A stretch of DNA of 64,000 nucleotides from Candidatus Eiseniibacteriota bacterium (GCA_963717935.1 CAVQXP010000004.1:288001-352000), one strand, 5' to 3'; shown: positions 52,731-62,502, numbered from the stretch's first letter. Made by a program: numbers and translations. Notes: generated by a model from the sequence alone, not told the origin.

Positions 52731-52845
52731 GGCGCTCCGGGCGAGCGTTCGGGCGCGCCATTCCCGGCGCTCCCTCGCTCCTCCGCGCTGATCCGGCTCC
52801 GACCTCCCTGTCTCCGCCGGGCGCGGGCGTCGCCCTCCGGCTTCT
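52731..52845 (+). repeat. Intergenic repeat element, copy 2 (direct orientation)
   Basis: Aligns by eye along its length with 50821-50934, with scattered substitutions. Confidence 0.85.
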
Positions 52846-52871
52846 CCCCTTCACGCTGCCCGTTCGTGCCG

Positions 52872-53519
52872 CTAGTTGTGCTCGCCCGGCTCCGCCGGCC
52901 CGCCAGGGCGCAGGTGACGCGCGGCCAGCTCGCAGGCGCGGTGTCCGCGCTCGACGATGCTGTCGAGGGCCAGCAGGCCGAGCCGCTCCTCGACTTCGAG
53001 CGGGGCGGCCATGCACACGCCGTTCACGAGCGAGACGAATGGCAGATCGTCACCCCACCCTCCTCCCTCGGCCTGGCGCTCCGGCCGCCCGGCGAGCCGT
53101 CGGTACAGGTCGAGCAGGACGCGGCGCTCGCTCATCACCACCGGGTCATCCTCGGTGCACGGCGCCTCGGGCAGCAACTCGACGCGCACGGCGCGGTAGG
53201 GATACTCGCGCACCGGCGTGCCGAGCCGCACGCGGGAGAGGCCGAGGAGCTTGAGGTCGTAGCAGCCGTCCGGGAGCCACTCGACCGCTTCGAAGCGCGC
53301 GAGGCAGCCCAGGTCGTGGAACGCGGGGCTGCCGTGGTACTCGCACTCCCAGCCGGGCTTGAGCAGCGCCAGCGCGACCAGGCGCTCTCCCGAGAGGGCG
53401 TCACGCACCATGGTGCGGTAGCGCAGCTCGAAGACATGCAACGGGACGACCGCGTGCGGGAAGAGCACGACGTTCGGCAGGGGGAACACCGGCACGGGCT
53501 GCCTGGGTTCCATCTCCAC
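52872..53519 (-). CDS. LON peptidase N-terminal substrate-binding domain protein
   Basis: VPVFPLPNVVLFP, PLHVFELRYRTMV, PDGCY, LLALD; no ATPase or protease domain. Confidence 0.88.
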   Translation of the reverse strand: MEMEPRQPVPVFPLPNVVLFPHAVVPLHVFELRYRTMVRDALSGERLVALALLKPGWECEYHGSPAFHDLGCLARFEAVEWLPDGCYDLKLLGLSRVRLGTPVREYPYRAVRVELLPEAPCTEDDPVVMSERRVLLDLYRRLAGRPERQAEGGGWGDDLPFVSLVNGVCMAAPLEVEERLGLLALDSIVERGHRACELAARHLRPGGPAEPGEHN

Positions 53520-53549
53520 GTCCGGCCTCCGCGATCGACCGCGAACGTC

Positions 53550-54029
53550 TCAGTCCCCGGCGACGAACTCCAGCACGTCCTGGATGTGGCCGTCCACCTT
53601 CACCTTGGGCCAGATCTGCGCGACTCGGCCGGTCTTGTCGATCACGAAGGTGGTGCGCTCGATGCCCAGATGCTTCTTGCCGTACAGGTTCTTCTGCTTG
53701 TAGACCCCGAACAGCTTCGACACCGCCGCGTCCTCGTCCGAGAGCAGCGGGAACGGGAGCTTCTGCTTCTCCTTGAAGTGCTGGTGCGACTCCAGGCTGT
53801 CGGTCGAGACCCCGAGGACGACCACCTTCGCCGCCTCGAACTCGGCGGCGTGGTCGCGGAAGTCGCAGGCTTCGCGCGTGCAGCCGGGCGTCTCGTCCTT
53901 CGGGTAGAAGTAGAGCACGACCGTCTTCTTCCCCTTGAACTGCTTGAGCGAGATGTTCTCGCCCGTGGTCGAGGGAAGACTGAGGTCCGGCGCCGGCCGG
54001 CCGATGACGGGTAGCACGTTGCTCACCAT
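53550..54029 (-). CDS. bcp: Thioredoxin-dependent thiol peroxidase BCP
   Basis: VLYFYPKDETPGCTREACDFRD, GVSTD, FPLLSD, ERTTFVID. Confidence 0.95.
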   Translation of the reverse strand: MVSNVLPVIGRPAPDLSLPSTTGENISLKQFKGKKTVVLYFYPKDETPGCTREACDFRDHAAEFEAAKVVVLGVSTDSLESHQHFKEKQKLPFPLLSDEDAAVSKLFGVYKQKNLYGKKHLGIERTTFVIDKTGRVAQIWPKVKVDGHIQDVLEFVAGD

Positions 54030-54122
54030 GCGTCCTCCAGAGAGCGGCGCCGGGCCCGTCCCGCCACCGGCGGGGACTCCGGGCCCGGACCGTGGGACGG
54101 CTCACCGTCCCAGCAGGATGTC

Positions 54123-54737
54123 CTACTTCACGGCCGCGGACATGGCGAGCGCGCGTTCCAGGTTCTGCGCCACCACGTTCCAGTCCAGGTTGTTGAAGAA
54201 AGCCTCGATGTACTTGGCGCGTGCGCGACCGTAGTCGATCATGTACGCGTGTTCGTAGACGTCCATCGCGAGGATCGGCGTGGCGTTCCAGTACGGGAAC
54301 GAGTTCTGCGCGTCGCCCACCGCGGTGGTCAGCATCTTCCAGTCGTGGTCGTACGCCAGCCAAGCCCAGCCCCGCGCCGCGAGCCCGCTGGCCTTGAAGT
54401 CCGCCAGCCACGCGTCGTACGAGGGGAAGTCGCGCCCGATCATCTCGAGCAGCCTGCCGCCCGGCTTCCCGCCGTTGCCGCCGAGGTGTCCGAAATAGAC
54501 CTCGTGGTTCTTCACGCCACCCACCGCGAACGAGTAGTCCACGCGCAGGGAGCGCAGGTCGCTGAAGATCTGGTTGGCGGTGCCACGGTCCACGGCGTCG
54601 AGCTTCTTCTGGATCTCGTTCACCTTGGGGACGTAGCCCTTGTAGATCTCGTAGTGCTCTTCCATCGTGCGCGCCGAGATCCCGTTCAGCTCACGGATGC
54701 ACGAGAACTTCTTCGCTTCGATATCCTTCCACGCCAT
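54123..54737 (-). CDS. sod: Fe/Mn superoxide dismutase family protein
   Basis: EEHYEIYKGYV, NHEVYF, GWAWL, DVYEHAY; AAGGAGG RBS. Confidence 0.9.
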   Translation of the reverse strand: MAWKDIEAKKFSCIRELNGISARTMEEHYEIYKGYVPKVNEIQKKLDAVDRGTANQIFSDLRSLRVDYSFAVGGVKNHEVYFGHLGGNGGKPGGRLLEMIGRDFPSYDAWLADFKASGLAARGWAWLAYDHDWKMLTTAVGDAQNSFPYWNATPILAMDVYEHAYMIDYGRARAKYIEAFFNNLDWNVVAQNLERALAMSAAVK

Positions 54738-54849
54738 GACGGTCCTCCTTCTGGTGGAACGAGGAGCGGTTGCCGGCGGGCACCCCGCGCCGCAGACCGG
54801 ACGGGGTCGCGGACCCTCCGAGGGAATCGAGGATGACGAAGCGGAATCG

Positions 54850-54879
54850 AAGGTAGTCCCCGCTCCGGCGCAGTGTCAA
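54850..54879 (-). promoter_or_regulatory. Putative sigma70-type promoter of sod, giving a ~105-nt leader
   Basis: Minus strand TTGACA, 18 bp, TACCTT. Confidence 0.55.
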
Positions 54880-55009
54880 CCGCTCCGGCCACACCGTTCG
54901 ATGCATTCCGGGCTCGGCCGATGCGGGGTGGATCGAGGTCGGCCCCGGCGTTCCGGCCCGGCGGCGTCCTCTGCTAGCATCCCCGCCGTCACCCTCGAAA
55001 GGAGCGCCC

Positions 55010-55582
55010 GTGAGCTGGACCCGAACCATCACGCCGCAAGCCGCGGACGGCCCCGTCCGCAGCGTCCTCGAGCGCATCGCCAGCCTCCACCCCTCCCGGC
55101 GCGTGGGCCACCTCTGGCAGGCCTGCGCACCCGATCCGGTCGCGCTCGACGCGCTCTTCACCCTGGTGCGCACCCTCATGGACGAGCCCGCGCCGCTCAG
55201 TCACGCCCAGGCCGAGGCGATCGTGGTCGTGGTCTCGGCGACCAACGGTTGCGGCTACTGCATCGCTCACCACGGCCCCCGGCTCGCGGCCGCGCTCGGG
55301 GATGAGCCGCTGGCCCGCGCCGTGGCGCGCGACTACCACGAAGCGGACCTGCCCGCGCGCGACCGCGTGCTGCTCGACCACGCGGTCGCGCTCACCTGCG
55401 AGCCCGCGGAGCGCACCGAGCAGGACATCGAGCGGCTCCGCGAATACGGCTTCGACGATCTCGCCATCCTGAAGGCCACGGAGATCACCGCGCTCTTCAA
55501 CCTGGTGAACCGGCTGATCGGCGGCCTGGGCGTCAACCTCGAGGACGGCGTCGCCGAGTGGGAGTCCGGCGCGCAGCGGTAG
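55010..55582 (+). CDS. AhpD/CMD-family peroxidase-related enzyme
   Basis: EAIVVVVSATNGCGYCIAHHG, LREYGFDD, FNLVNRL; AAGGAG RBS. Confidence 0.88.
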   Translation: MSWTRTITPQAADGPVRSVLERIASLHPSRRVGHLWQACAPDPVALDALFTLVRTLMDEPAPLSHAQAEAIVVVVSATNGCGYCIAHHGPRLAAALGDEPLARAVARDYHEADLPARDRVLLDHAVALTCEPAERTEQDIERLREYGFDDLAILKATEITALFNLVNRLIGGLGVNLEDGVAEWESGAQR

Positions 55583-55598
55583 CCGCGGGCCCCGGCGT

Positions 55599-56858
55599 CT
55601 ACCGCCGCTCCATCGCCTCGCGATAGATCGCGGTCAGTCCCCCGACGTGCAGCGCGGGCGCGCCCGCCTCGAGCACCCGCGCCCGCCCCGCCTCGCCCCA
55701 GCGCGCAGCCCGGGGGTCTTCGAGGGCGCGCGCGACCGCCTCGGCGAGCGCGTGCGCATCGCCGGGCGGCGCGAGCAGGCCCGTCACCTCGTGCTCCACC
55801 AGTTCAGGGATGGCTCCGATGCGAGCGGCGACCACGGGCCGCGCGTCCAGCAGCGCCTCGGCCGCGGCATAGCAGAAGTGTTCGTAGAAGAGCGAGGGCA
55901 CGACCACCACCGCGGCGTTCGCGCGCAACGAGGCCAGCTCGGCGTCGGCGCGGTAGCCGGGCAGGCGCAGGTTCGGGAGCGACGTGACCTGCTGGTCGAG
56001 CCAGGCACGCAGCGGCCCCTCCCCCACGACGACGAGTGGCACGGGTGCGATGCGCATCGCCAGCGCCGGGAGCAGGCGCACGCCCTTCTCGACCGAGAGC
56101 CGCCCGGCGAAGAGGACATAACGTCCATCGGGGAGCGCGGGATGGCCCACCGCATCCGCCGCCGGCGACGTGCCCGCGACGCCCGCCGCGACATCCGCGC
56201 AGTCGACACCGTGCCGGAGCAACCGCAGCCGGGCGCGGTCCACGCCGAACTCGCCCGCCTTCTCGAGGACGAAGCGCGAGGGCGCGATCCAGAGGCGCAC
56301 GGCGCGGTAGGCGCCTGCCAGGTCGTGCGCGTAAGCCTCGACCATGCCCACCGCGCTCTTCAGCCGCGAGTCCTGCACGCAACCGGTCGCGAGTGAGCGC
56401 CAGTGGCGGCCACCGCGGCAGCGTTCGCAGGGTGCGCCGTGCGCGAACAGGATGCGATTCGTGCACCAGGGCTTGAAGTCGTGCAGCGTCATCACGGCCG
56501 GCACACCCGCGCGCTCGAGCGGCCGCAGAATGGACGGCGTGAGGTAGCGACTCGGCGCGTGCAGGTGCGCGATCTCCGGCCCGAACTCGCGCACCACCGC
56601 CTCGGCGGAACGAGCCGCGGGTCCGGACCAGACGGCGCGTGGCAGCTGCGCGAGCTGCCGCAGCGCGGATGCGCCCTCGCCGAAGTCCGCCGCAGGGGCG
56701 AAGTGCGCAGCCGTCGGGCTCGGCAGGTTGCGAGGATCGCGGATCGCGAGGTGTGCGATCTCGTGGCCGGCCGCCGCGAGCCAGCGTGACTCGTCGAGGT
56801 AGGTGCGCTCGACGCCGCCGCGCAGATAGTGGAAGGCGTTGACGAGCAGGATGCGCAC
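55599..56858 (-). CDS. Glycosyltransferase family 4
   Basis: VRILLVN...GGVE, TLHDF, FAGRLSVEKG, PSLFYEHF...AE, GAIPELV. Confidence 0.9.
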   Translation of the reverse strand: MRILLVNAFHYLRGGVERTYLDESRWLAAAGHEIAHLAIRDPRNLPSPTAAHFAPAADFGEGASALRQLAQLPRAVWSGPAARSAEAVVREFGPEIAHLHAPSRYLTPSILRPLERAGVPAVMTLHDFKPWCTNRILFAHGAPCERCRGGRHWRSLATGCVQDSRLKSAVGMVEAYAHDLAGAYRAVRLWIAPSRFVLEKAGEFGVDRARLRLLRHGVDCADVAAGVAGTSPAADAVGHPALPDGRYVLFAGRLSVEKGVRLLPALAMRIAPVPLVVVGEGPLRAWLDQQVTSLPNLRLPGYRADAELASLRANAAVVVVPSLFYEHFCYAAAEALLDARPVVAARIGAIPELVEHEVTGLLAPPGDAHALAEAVARALEDPRAARWGEAGRARVLEAGAPALHVGGLTAIYREAMERR

Positions 56859-56872
56859 GGGCGCCTCGTCGC

Positions 56873-58141
56873 TCAGCGGGGCCGGGGCCGCGGACCGCGG
56901 CCACCACCGGGCTTCGGACCCGGCCGTGAGTTGGGTCGCGCGCCGGGCTTGCCACGCGACTGCGGACGGGAGGTGGGTCGCGCGTTCGGACGTGGACCGC
57001 CGGGTCGTGCGCCCGGACGCGGGCTGCCGGGTCGTGCGCCCGGACGCGGGCCGCCGGGTCGTGCGTTCGGGCGCGGACCGCCGGGTCGTGCGTTCGGACG
57101 CGGACCGCCGGGTCGTGCGTTCGGACGCGGACCGCCGGGTCGTGCGCTCGGACGCGGACCGCCCGGCCGGGTGTCCGGGCGCGGGCCGCCGGGTCGCGCG
57201 CCCGGACGCGGGCCACCCGGCCGAGTGTCCGGGCGAGACCCACGCCGCTCGACCGGGTGCGGGAACAACCTGCGCTCGAACTGCACGGGCACGTGCAGCC
57301 TCCGGTCGCGCTTCGGTTCGGGCGAAGACGCGGGCTCCGCCTTCGCCGGCAGGGACGCGGGCTCGCCCGCCAGGAACTCGACCAGCGCCGCCCCCACGCC
57401 TGGCCCGGGCTCGTAGCACAGCAACGTGCCCGCGAGATCCTCGCCAAGCAACCCGCGCAGCACCTCGAGGTGCATGAGGTTCGCCTCGGGCTGCGCCTTC
57501 GTGTGCGGACGCGTCTCGAGTCGTGCCAGTTCGTCCCACGTCCCCGACTTGAGGATCTCGAGCACGCGTCCATCGAACGACTGCGCCTCCGGAATCTCCC
57601 GTTTCAGGTTCCAGGCGTGGACGTTGTGCGAGAGCATCCCGCCCACCACGAACGCCACGCGCCCGGGCCAGGCGTCGAGCGCGCGCCGGAGCGAGGCCCC
57701 CCAGGCCCGGTGCGCCGCGGCCGTGCCGCGCGCCAGCGATACCGGCACGACCGGGTACAGGCGCCGGGACGCGAGGAAATGCAGGGGCACCGTCACGCCA
57801 CTGTCCACACCCCGCGTGGTGGTGGCGGCACGCACGCCGGCGGCGCGCGCCGCCTCGACGATGGCTCGCGCCAGAGTGGGTGCGCCGTGGCAGTCGTAGC
57901 GCACCTCGACGCCGAAGCCATGGTAATCGGTGAGCGTCGAGTGCCGCCGGCCCACGTCGGCCAGGAATGGCCCCGGCGCCTCCCAGCGCGCGGTGAGCGC
58001 GACGATCGCGGTGGGCCGCTCGGCCTCGAGCTGGCGCGCGGCAGCGGCGTAGGCCTCGAGCATCTCGGTGCGGTGGCCACGGTGCTGGTCCATGAGCAGC
58101 GTGGAGATGCTCGGGGCGAGCAGGACGCGCGCGGTCAGCAT
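56873..58141 (-). CDS. LigB/DODA-type extradiol dioxygenase-fold protein with degenerate metal ligands and an Arg/Pro/Gly-rich tail
   Basis: DYHGFG, RGVDSGVTVPL, PVVPVS, GGMLSHN, FD; C-terminal (RPGGPRPxA)n. Confidence 0.7.
   Translation of the reverse strand: MLTARVLLAPSISTLLMDQHRGHRTEMLEAYAAAARQLEAERPTAIVALTARWEAPGPFLADVGRRHSTLTDYHGFGVEVRYDCHGAPTLARAIVEAARAAGVRAATTTRGVDSGVTVPLHFLASRRLYPVVPVSLARGTAAAHRAWGASLRRALDAWPGRVAFVVGGMLSHNVHAWNLKREIPEAQSFDGRVLEILKSGTWDELARLETRPHTKAQPEANLMHLEVLRGLLGEDLAGTLLCYEPGPGVGAALVEFLAGEPASLPAKAEPASSPEPKRDRRLHVPVQFERRLFPHPVERRGSRPDTRPGGPRPGARPGGPRPDTRPGGPRPSARPGGPRPNARPGGPRPNARPGGPRPNARPGGPRPGARPGSPRPGARPGGPRPNARPTSRPQSRGKPGARPNSRPGPKPGGGRGPRPRPR
56975..57255 (-). 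repeat. 27-bp coding tandem repeat, ~9-10 degenerate copies (RPGGPRPNA)
   Basis: CCGCCGGGTCGTGCGTTCGGACGCGGA units on the + strand. Confidence 0.9.
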
Positions 58142-58168
58142 GACGGTCGGGATCCTCTCACGGAGGGC

Positions 58169-59194
58169 TCAAGGACGTCGCACGCCGGGCTCGCCCGTCG
58201 CACGATCGGCGGCGCGTTCGTTGCCAGCGCCCACTTCGAGACCCTTCTCCCGGGCCGCCGAGAGCAGTTCCCCCGGCAGCGGGAACATCACGCGCTCCTC
58301 GATCAGCAGGAACGGCTCGACGCGGAAACCGCCCAGCTCCTGCAGCCGCGTCACACAGGACTGCACGATGCTCTCGGGCGTCGAGGCGCCGGCGGTCACG
58401 CCCACGTCCGCACCCGGTTCGAGCCACTCAAGCCGGATGTCCTCGGCCGATTCGATCAGGTGCGCGCGAACGCCGAGATTCTGCGCCACTTCGACCAGCC
58501 GGTTCGCATTGCTGCTGGTCGGCGCCCCCACGACCAGTACCGCGCGGCAGCGGCGAGCCAGCTCCTTCACCGCGTTCTGACGGTTCTGCGTCGCGTAGCA
58601 GATGTCGTCCTTCGCGGGCCCGCGGATCCCCGGGAAGCGGCGCCTGAGCGTCTCGACGATGGCGCGACAGTCATCCATCGAGAGCGTGGTCTGCGTGATG
58701 TAGGCGGCCTTCTCCGGGTCGGGCAGCGCCAGCGCCTCGGCCTCGGCCACGCTCTCGACGATCACGATGGACCCGGGCGCCTCGCTCCGCACGCCCTGCA
58801 CCTCGACGTGGTCCCGGTGCCCGACGAGCACGATGGTGAAGCCCTGCTTCGCGTGCCGCAGCGCCTCGAGGTGCACCTTGGTCACGAGCGGACAGGTCGC
58901 GTCGAGCGCCCTCAAGCCCCGTTCGGCCGCTTCCGCGCGCACCGCGGGCGAGACCCCGTGGGCCGAGAAGATCACCACCGCGCCCCGCGGCACGTCGGAA
59001 AGGTCGTCGGTGAAGACCGCCCCCTTCAGGCGCAGGTCCTCGACCACGTACCGGTTGTGGACGATCTCGTGCCGCACGTAGACGGGCGGCCCGTAGACCT
59101 GCAGGGCCATCTCGACCACGTCGATGGCGCGGTCCACCCCCGCGCAGAATCCGCGCGGGCCGGCGAGATGGAGGACAGGCTGGGTGTGGGGCAT
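58169..59194 (-). CDS. ispH: 4-hydroxy-3-methylbut-2-enyl diphosphate reductase
   Basis: PRGFCAGVDRAI, EIVHN, SAHG, DATCPLVTKVH, HVEV, QTT, ICYATQNRQ, SSN, TAGASTPE. Confidence 0.96.
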   Translation of the reverse strand: MPHTQPVLHLAGPRGFCAGVDRAIDVVEMALQVYGPPVYVRHEIVHNRYVVEDLRLKGAVFTDDLSDVPRGAVVIFSAHGVSPAVRAEAAERGLRALDATCPLVTKVHLEALRHAKQGFTIVLVGHRDHVEVQGVRSEAPGSIVIVESVAEAEALALPDPEKAAYITQTTLSMDDCRAIVETLRRRFPGIRGPAKDDICYATQNRQNAVKELARRCRAVLVVGAPTSSNANRLVEVAQNLGVRAHLIESAEDIRLEWLEPGADVGVTAGASTPESIVQSCVTRLQELGGFRVEPFLLIEERVMFPLPGELLSAAREKGLEVGAGNERAADRATGEPGVRRP

Positions 59195-59391
59195 GGACGG
59201 CAGACCTCGGAGTAGGATCGGAGAAGCGCGGCCCGTGGACTCTACCCGACCCCGTACGGAGGACAAAGCCAGCCCGGCACCGGCGCTGAGTGGACGCTGA
59301 GGTAGCAGGCGCCGGCGGTGGCGGTGGGCGAGCGCCTGGTGCCTCTGCTCGCCCACCGCCACCCCCGGCTTCCGCGACGACCCGTCCCCGT

Positions 59392-60705
59392 CTACTTCGT
59401 GCCGGCCCGGATCGGCAGGGACAGCGAGTCGACGCACCCGGGCGGCACCGCCATCACCGGCCGCGTTCGCTGCGAATCGGGCCGGGCCGGCACCGCGCGA
59501 ATCTGCGGCTGCACCCGAGGGCGACGTGCATCCCTCTTCGCCTGAGCCACGCTGTCCGCCACGAACAATGCGCGCAGCGAATCGGGCGCTTCCGCGACGA
59601 GCGTGCCGAGGAGCCGGCGGGCGCGCTCCCGGCCCTCGCGGTCGCGGGCCAGGGACTCGGCGCGGTGCAGTTCCAGCGCCGCCTCGCGCGACCGCCCCTG
59701 TGCTTCGAGCGCCATGCCCAGGAGGAGCCGCGCCTCGCCCGAGCCGCGGTTGTGGCGCACGCCGTCGCGCGCCACCTCCAGCGCGATGTCCTGGCGACCC
59801 AGCGATTCGTAGAGCGCGGTCGTCGCGAACCGCACGTCCAGGTCCGCGGGGTCGAGCGCCAGCAACCGGCGGTAGGCCGCACCCGCCTCCTGGAAGCGCT
59901 TCAGGTCCATCAGCACCTGCGCCTCGCCCTTCACGGCCACCGCCAGGCCGGAGTCCCGCTTCGCGGCCTCACGAAAGCCCGCGAGTGCCTGCACGAGGTC
60001 ACCCTTCGCGCGATCGAGATTGGCGAGGTTCACCCATGCGCCGGTCTCCTTCCCGTCGAGCGCGATGGCGCGCCGGTATTCGGCCCGGGCCTCGCGTTCG
60101 CGCCCGGTGGCGGCAAGCACGTAGCCCAGGTCGCGGTGCTCGAGCGCGTCCCGGGGCGGCAGGGCGATGGCGCGGCGCAGCGCCGTCTCGGCGTCGCGCG
60201 GACGGCCGGCCCGCATGTACGCGTAGCCGAGAGCGCGCCAGTTCGCGCCGTCGCCGGGGAGCCGCCTGGTCAGCAGTTCGAGCTGCGCGATGGCGCGCGG
60301 GTGCTCGTTCAACTGCACCAGGCCCAGTCCCAGCTCGCGGGCCGCCTGCACGTCGCCGGGATGGTGCTCGACCTCGGCCGCGAAGGCCCTGACCGCCTCC
60401 TGGATCTCCCCGACACGCTGGAACAGCAGCCCCATGCGGTAGTTCGGGCCGGCCAGCGCCGGGTCGAGCTCGGCGGCGACCCGGTACGCGGTGATGGCCG
60501 CGGCGAGCGCGTTGACACGCTCCAGACCGAGGCCCTCTTCGTACCGTTGCCGGGCCAGGGTCTCACGGCTCCGACGCGCCGTGTCGGGAAGACTCGTCCG
60601 GCCCGGCACCAGCAGCGGCGCGGGCGGCGATTCGCGCACCGTGTCGGCCGGCGATGGGCCGGCGAGCGCGGCGATGACGACGAGGAACTGCAGGGCTGCG
60701 TTCAG
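59392..60705 (-). CDS. Tetratricopeptide repeat protein, probably exported
   Basis: Many TPR-like units (LG..Y...G...EA...YRRA..LDP); hydrophobic N-terminus; start uncertain (CTG after AGGAG). Confidence 0.8.
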   Translation of the reverse strand: MNAALQFLVVIAALAGPSPADTVRESPPAPLLVPGRTSLPDTARRSRETLARQRYEEGLGLERVNALAAAITAYRVAAELDPALAGPNYRMGLLFQRVGEIQEAVRAFAAEVEHHPGDVQAARELGLGLVQLNEHPRAIAQLELLTRRLPGDGANWRALGYAYMRAGRPRDAETALRRAIALPPRDALEHRDLGYVLAATGREREARAEYRRAIALDGKETGAWVNLANLDRAKGDLVQALAGFREAAKRDSGLAVAVKGEAQVLMDLKRFQEAGAAYRRLLALDPADLDVRFATTALYESLGRQDIALEVARDGVRHNRGSGEARLLLGMALEAQGRSREAALELHRAESLARDREGRERARRLLGTLVAEAPDSLRALFVADSVAQAKRDARRPRVQPQIRAVPARPDSQRTRPVMAVPPGCVDSLSLPIRAGTK

Positions 60706-60921
60706 TCGAGGACTCCTGGAAGGACCGGCCAGAACGACGCCGTGACTGCGGCAGTATAGCCGACCCGCGGGGGAAGACGCTCGCGGGCCTGTGCTAACGT
60801 CAGCCCGCGATGATGAGACGGCCCACGCGACTTCCGGACCTGTCATGAAGGGGCCCCCGCCCACGGCGTCCCCGACGACCTGGCGCTGGCGCGGCTCTGC
60901 CTCGACGCCGAGATCACCTCG

Positions 60922-61674
60922 ATGCGCGAGCGCACGGCCGGCGCGCCGGCCGCGCTGGCCGCGGACCTGGGGCTGCGCTACGAACCCGTGGACGGCGGCA
61001 CGGCCTTCATCGCCGCACGGTTTCCGCATGCGACGGTGAACCGCGTCACCGGCTTCGGTCTCGATCGACCACTCGACCAGGCGACCCTCGACCGCACCAT
61101 CGCGCTGTACCCGCACCGGGTCTTCTCGATCCAGCCGAGCCCCATGGCGCGCCCCCCAGAGCTGGCCGGTTGGCTCGCCTCGCGCGGATTCGCAGTGGAC
61201 TTCCACTGGCTCATCTGGGCGCGGGCGGCCGAGCCCCCGGCGGCCGAGTCGGCGACCGGCCTCGAGTTGCGCCGGCTGGGTCCGGAGCATGCGGAGGAGT
61301 TCGCGGCGCTGGCGTGCACCGCCTATGCGAACCCCGCGCGGCTCGCTCCCCTGCACGCGGCCGGCGTGGGACGGCCGCGCTGGCATCACTGGGGCGCCTT
61401 CGACGGTGACCGGCTCGTCTCGGCGGGCATCCTCTACGTGCACGGCGAGGTCGGTCGGCTCTTCACGGCCGGCACGCTGCCCATGCACCGCGGGCGCGGC
61501 GCACAGGGCGCACTGCTCGTGCGGCGCATGCGCGAGGCGGTCGCGCTCGGCTGCCGCTGGGTCACGGCGGAGACCGCGGACGATCCTCCGGACAGGCCCA
61601 ACGCGTCGGTCCACAACCTGAACCGCCTCGGGTTCCGGCTGCTGCACCGCCGCCCGGCGTGGATGCCGCGCTAA
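60922..61674 (+). CDS. GNAT family N-acetyltransferase
   Basis: NRVTGFG, TLPMHRGRGAQGALL acetyl-CoA motif, NASVHNLNRLGF; the true start may lie further upstream (~60845-60880). Confidence 0.82.
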   Translation: MRERTAGAPAALAADLGLRYEPVDGGTAFIAARFPHATVNRVTGFGLDRPLDQATLDRTIALYPHRVFSIQPSPMARPPELAGWLASRGFAVDFHWLIWARAAEPPAAESATGLELRRLGPEHAEEFAALACTAYANPARLAPLHAAGVGRPRWHHWGAFDGDRLVSAGILYVHGEVGRLFTAGTLPMHRGRGAQGALLVRRMREAVALGCRWVTAETADDPPDRPNASVHNLNRLGFRLLHRRPAWMPR

Positions 61675-61695
61675 CCGGACCCTACGGGCGGGCCG

Positions 61696-62502
61696 CTACT
61701 TCCCCCGGAACTCCGGCTTGCGCTTGCCGAGGTAGGCGCCCAGACCCTCCTTCGCATCGTCGCTCTGGAAGAGCATCTGCTCCAACTCGCGCTCGAGCGC
61801 CTGCGCGGCCTCGGCCGGCAGGTCGCTGCCCGTCTGCACCGCGCGCTTGATGTGGCCCACGGCCTTCGCCGCCCCGCGGGGCGGACCGAGGCTCCGCGCG
61901 TACTGCGATACCCTCTCCATGAACTCCTCGGTGTTCGCGGCCGCCCAGACGTCGTTCACGAAACCGAGCCGCTGCGCCTCCTCGAAGGTCACCAGATCAC
62001 CGGACACCATCAGCTCGATCGCCCGGCTGGGGTTCATCAACCGCGCCAGGCGCTTCGTGCCGCCGATGCCGGGCATCAGCCCGAGCTTCACCTCCGGCAG
62101 GCCCGTCCTGCCCGCGCCCTGGCGCGCGATCCTCAGGTCCGCCGCCAGCGCGATCTCCAGCCCGCCGCCCACCGCGTGTCCGTTGAGCGCGGCGATCACC
62201 AGCTTGGGCGTGTGCTCGAGGCGGTCCAGCGTCTCGCTCGCGTGAAGCAGGAAGGCGTAGCGAAAGGCCGGCGCCACGGCGTGGAGCATGCGGATGTCGC
62301 CCCCCGCGCAGAACACCCTGTCCCCCGACCCGCGCAGCACGATGGCGTGGACCTCTTCGTCGAAGCGCGCCTTGAGGATCGCCTCGTCGAGCTCGTGCAT
62401 CATCTCGAAGGTGAAGCAGTTCATGGGCGGGTTGCAGAATTCGATCACCGCCACGCCTTCCTTCGCGCGGTAGTCCACGAGCCGCGAACTGTTCGTCTCC
62501 AT
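61696..62502 (-). CDS. Enoyl-CoA hydratase/isomerase family protein
   Basis: [43 protein letters not shown] before ATG 62502. Confidence 0.92.
   Translation of the reverse strand: METNSSRLVDYRAKEGVAVIEFCNPPMNCFTFEMMHELDEAILKARFDEEVHAIVLRGSGDRVFCAGGDIRMLHAVAPAFRYAFLLHASETLDRLEHTPKLVIAALNGHAVGGGLEIALAADLRIARQGAGRTGLPEVKLGLMPGIGGTKRLARLMNPSRAIELMVSGDLVTFEEAQRLGFVNDVWAAANTEEFMERVSQYARSLGPPRGAAKAVGHIKRAVQTGSDLPAEAAQALERELEQMLFQSDDAKEGLGAYLGKRKPEFRGK

Noticed and set aside
54745..54835. SAM-I riboswitch-like words in the sod leader (GGAGGG...CCGGCAACC on the minus strand)
   Set aside because: The P1 ATCnAGAG, the GGTGC partner and the P4 elements are missing, and the downstream gene is not a sulfur-metabolism gene
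56975..57255. Regularly spaced repeats that might be a CRISPR array
   Set aside because: Head-to-tail 27-bp in-frame coding units with no unique spacers, and no cas genes in the window
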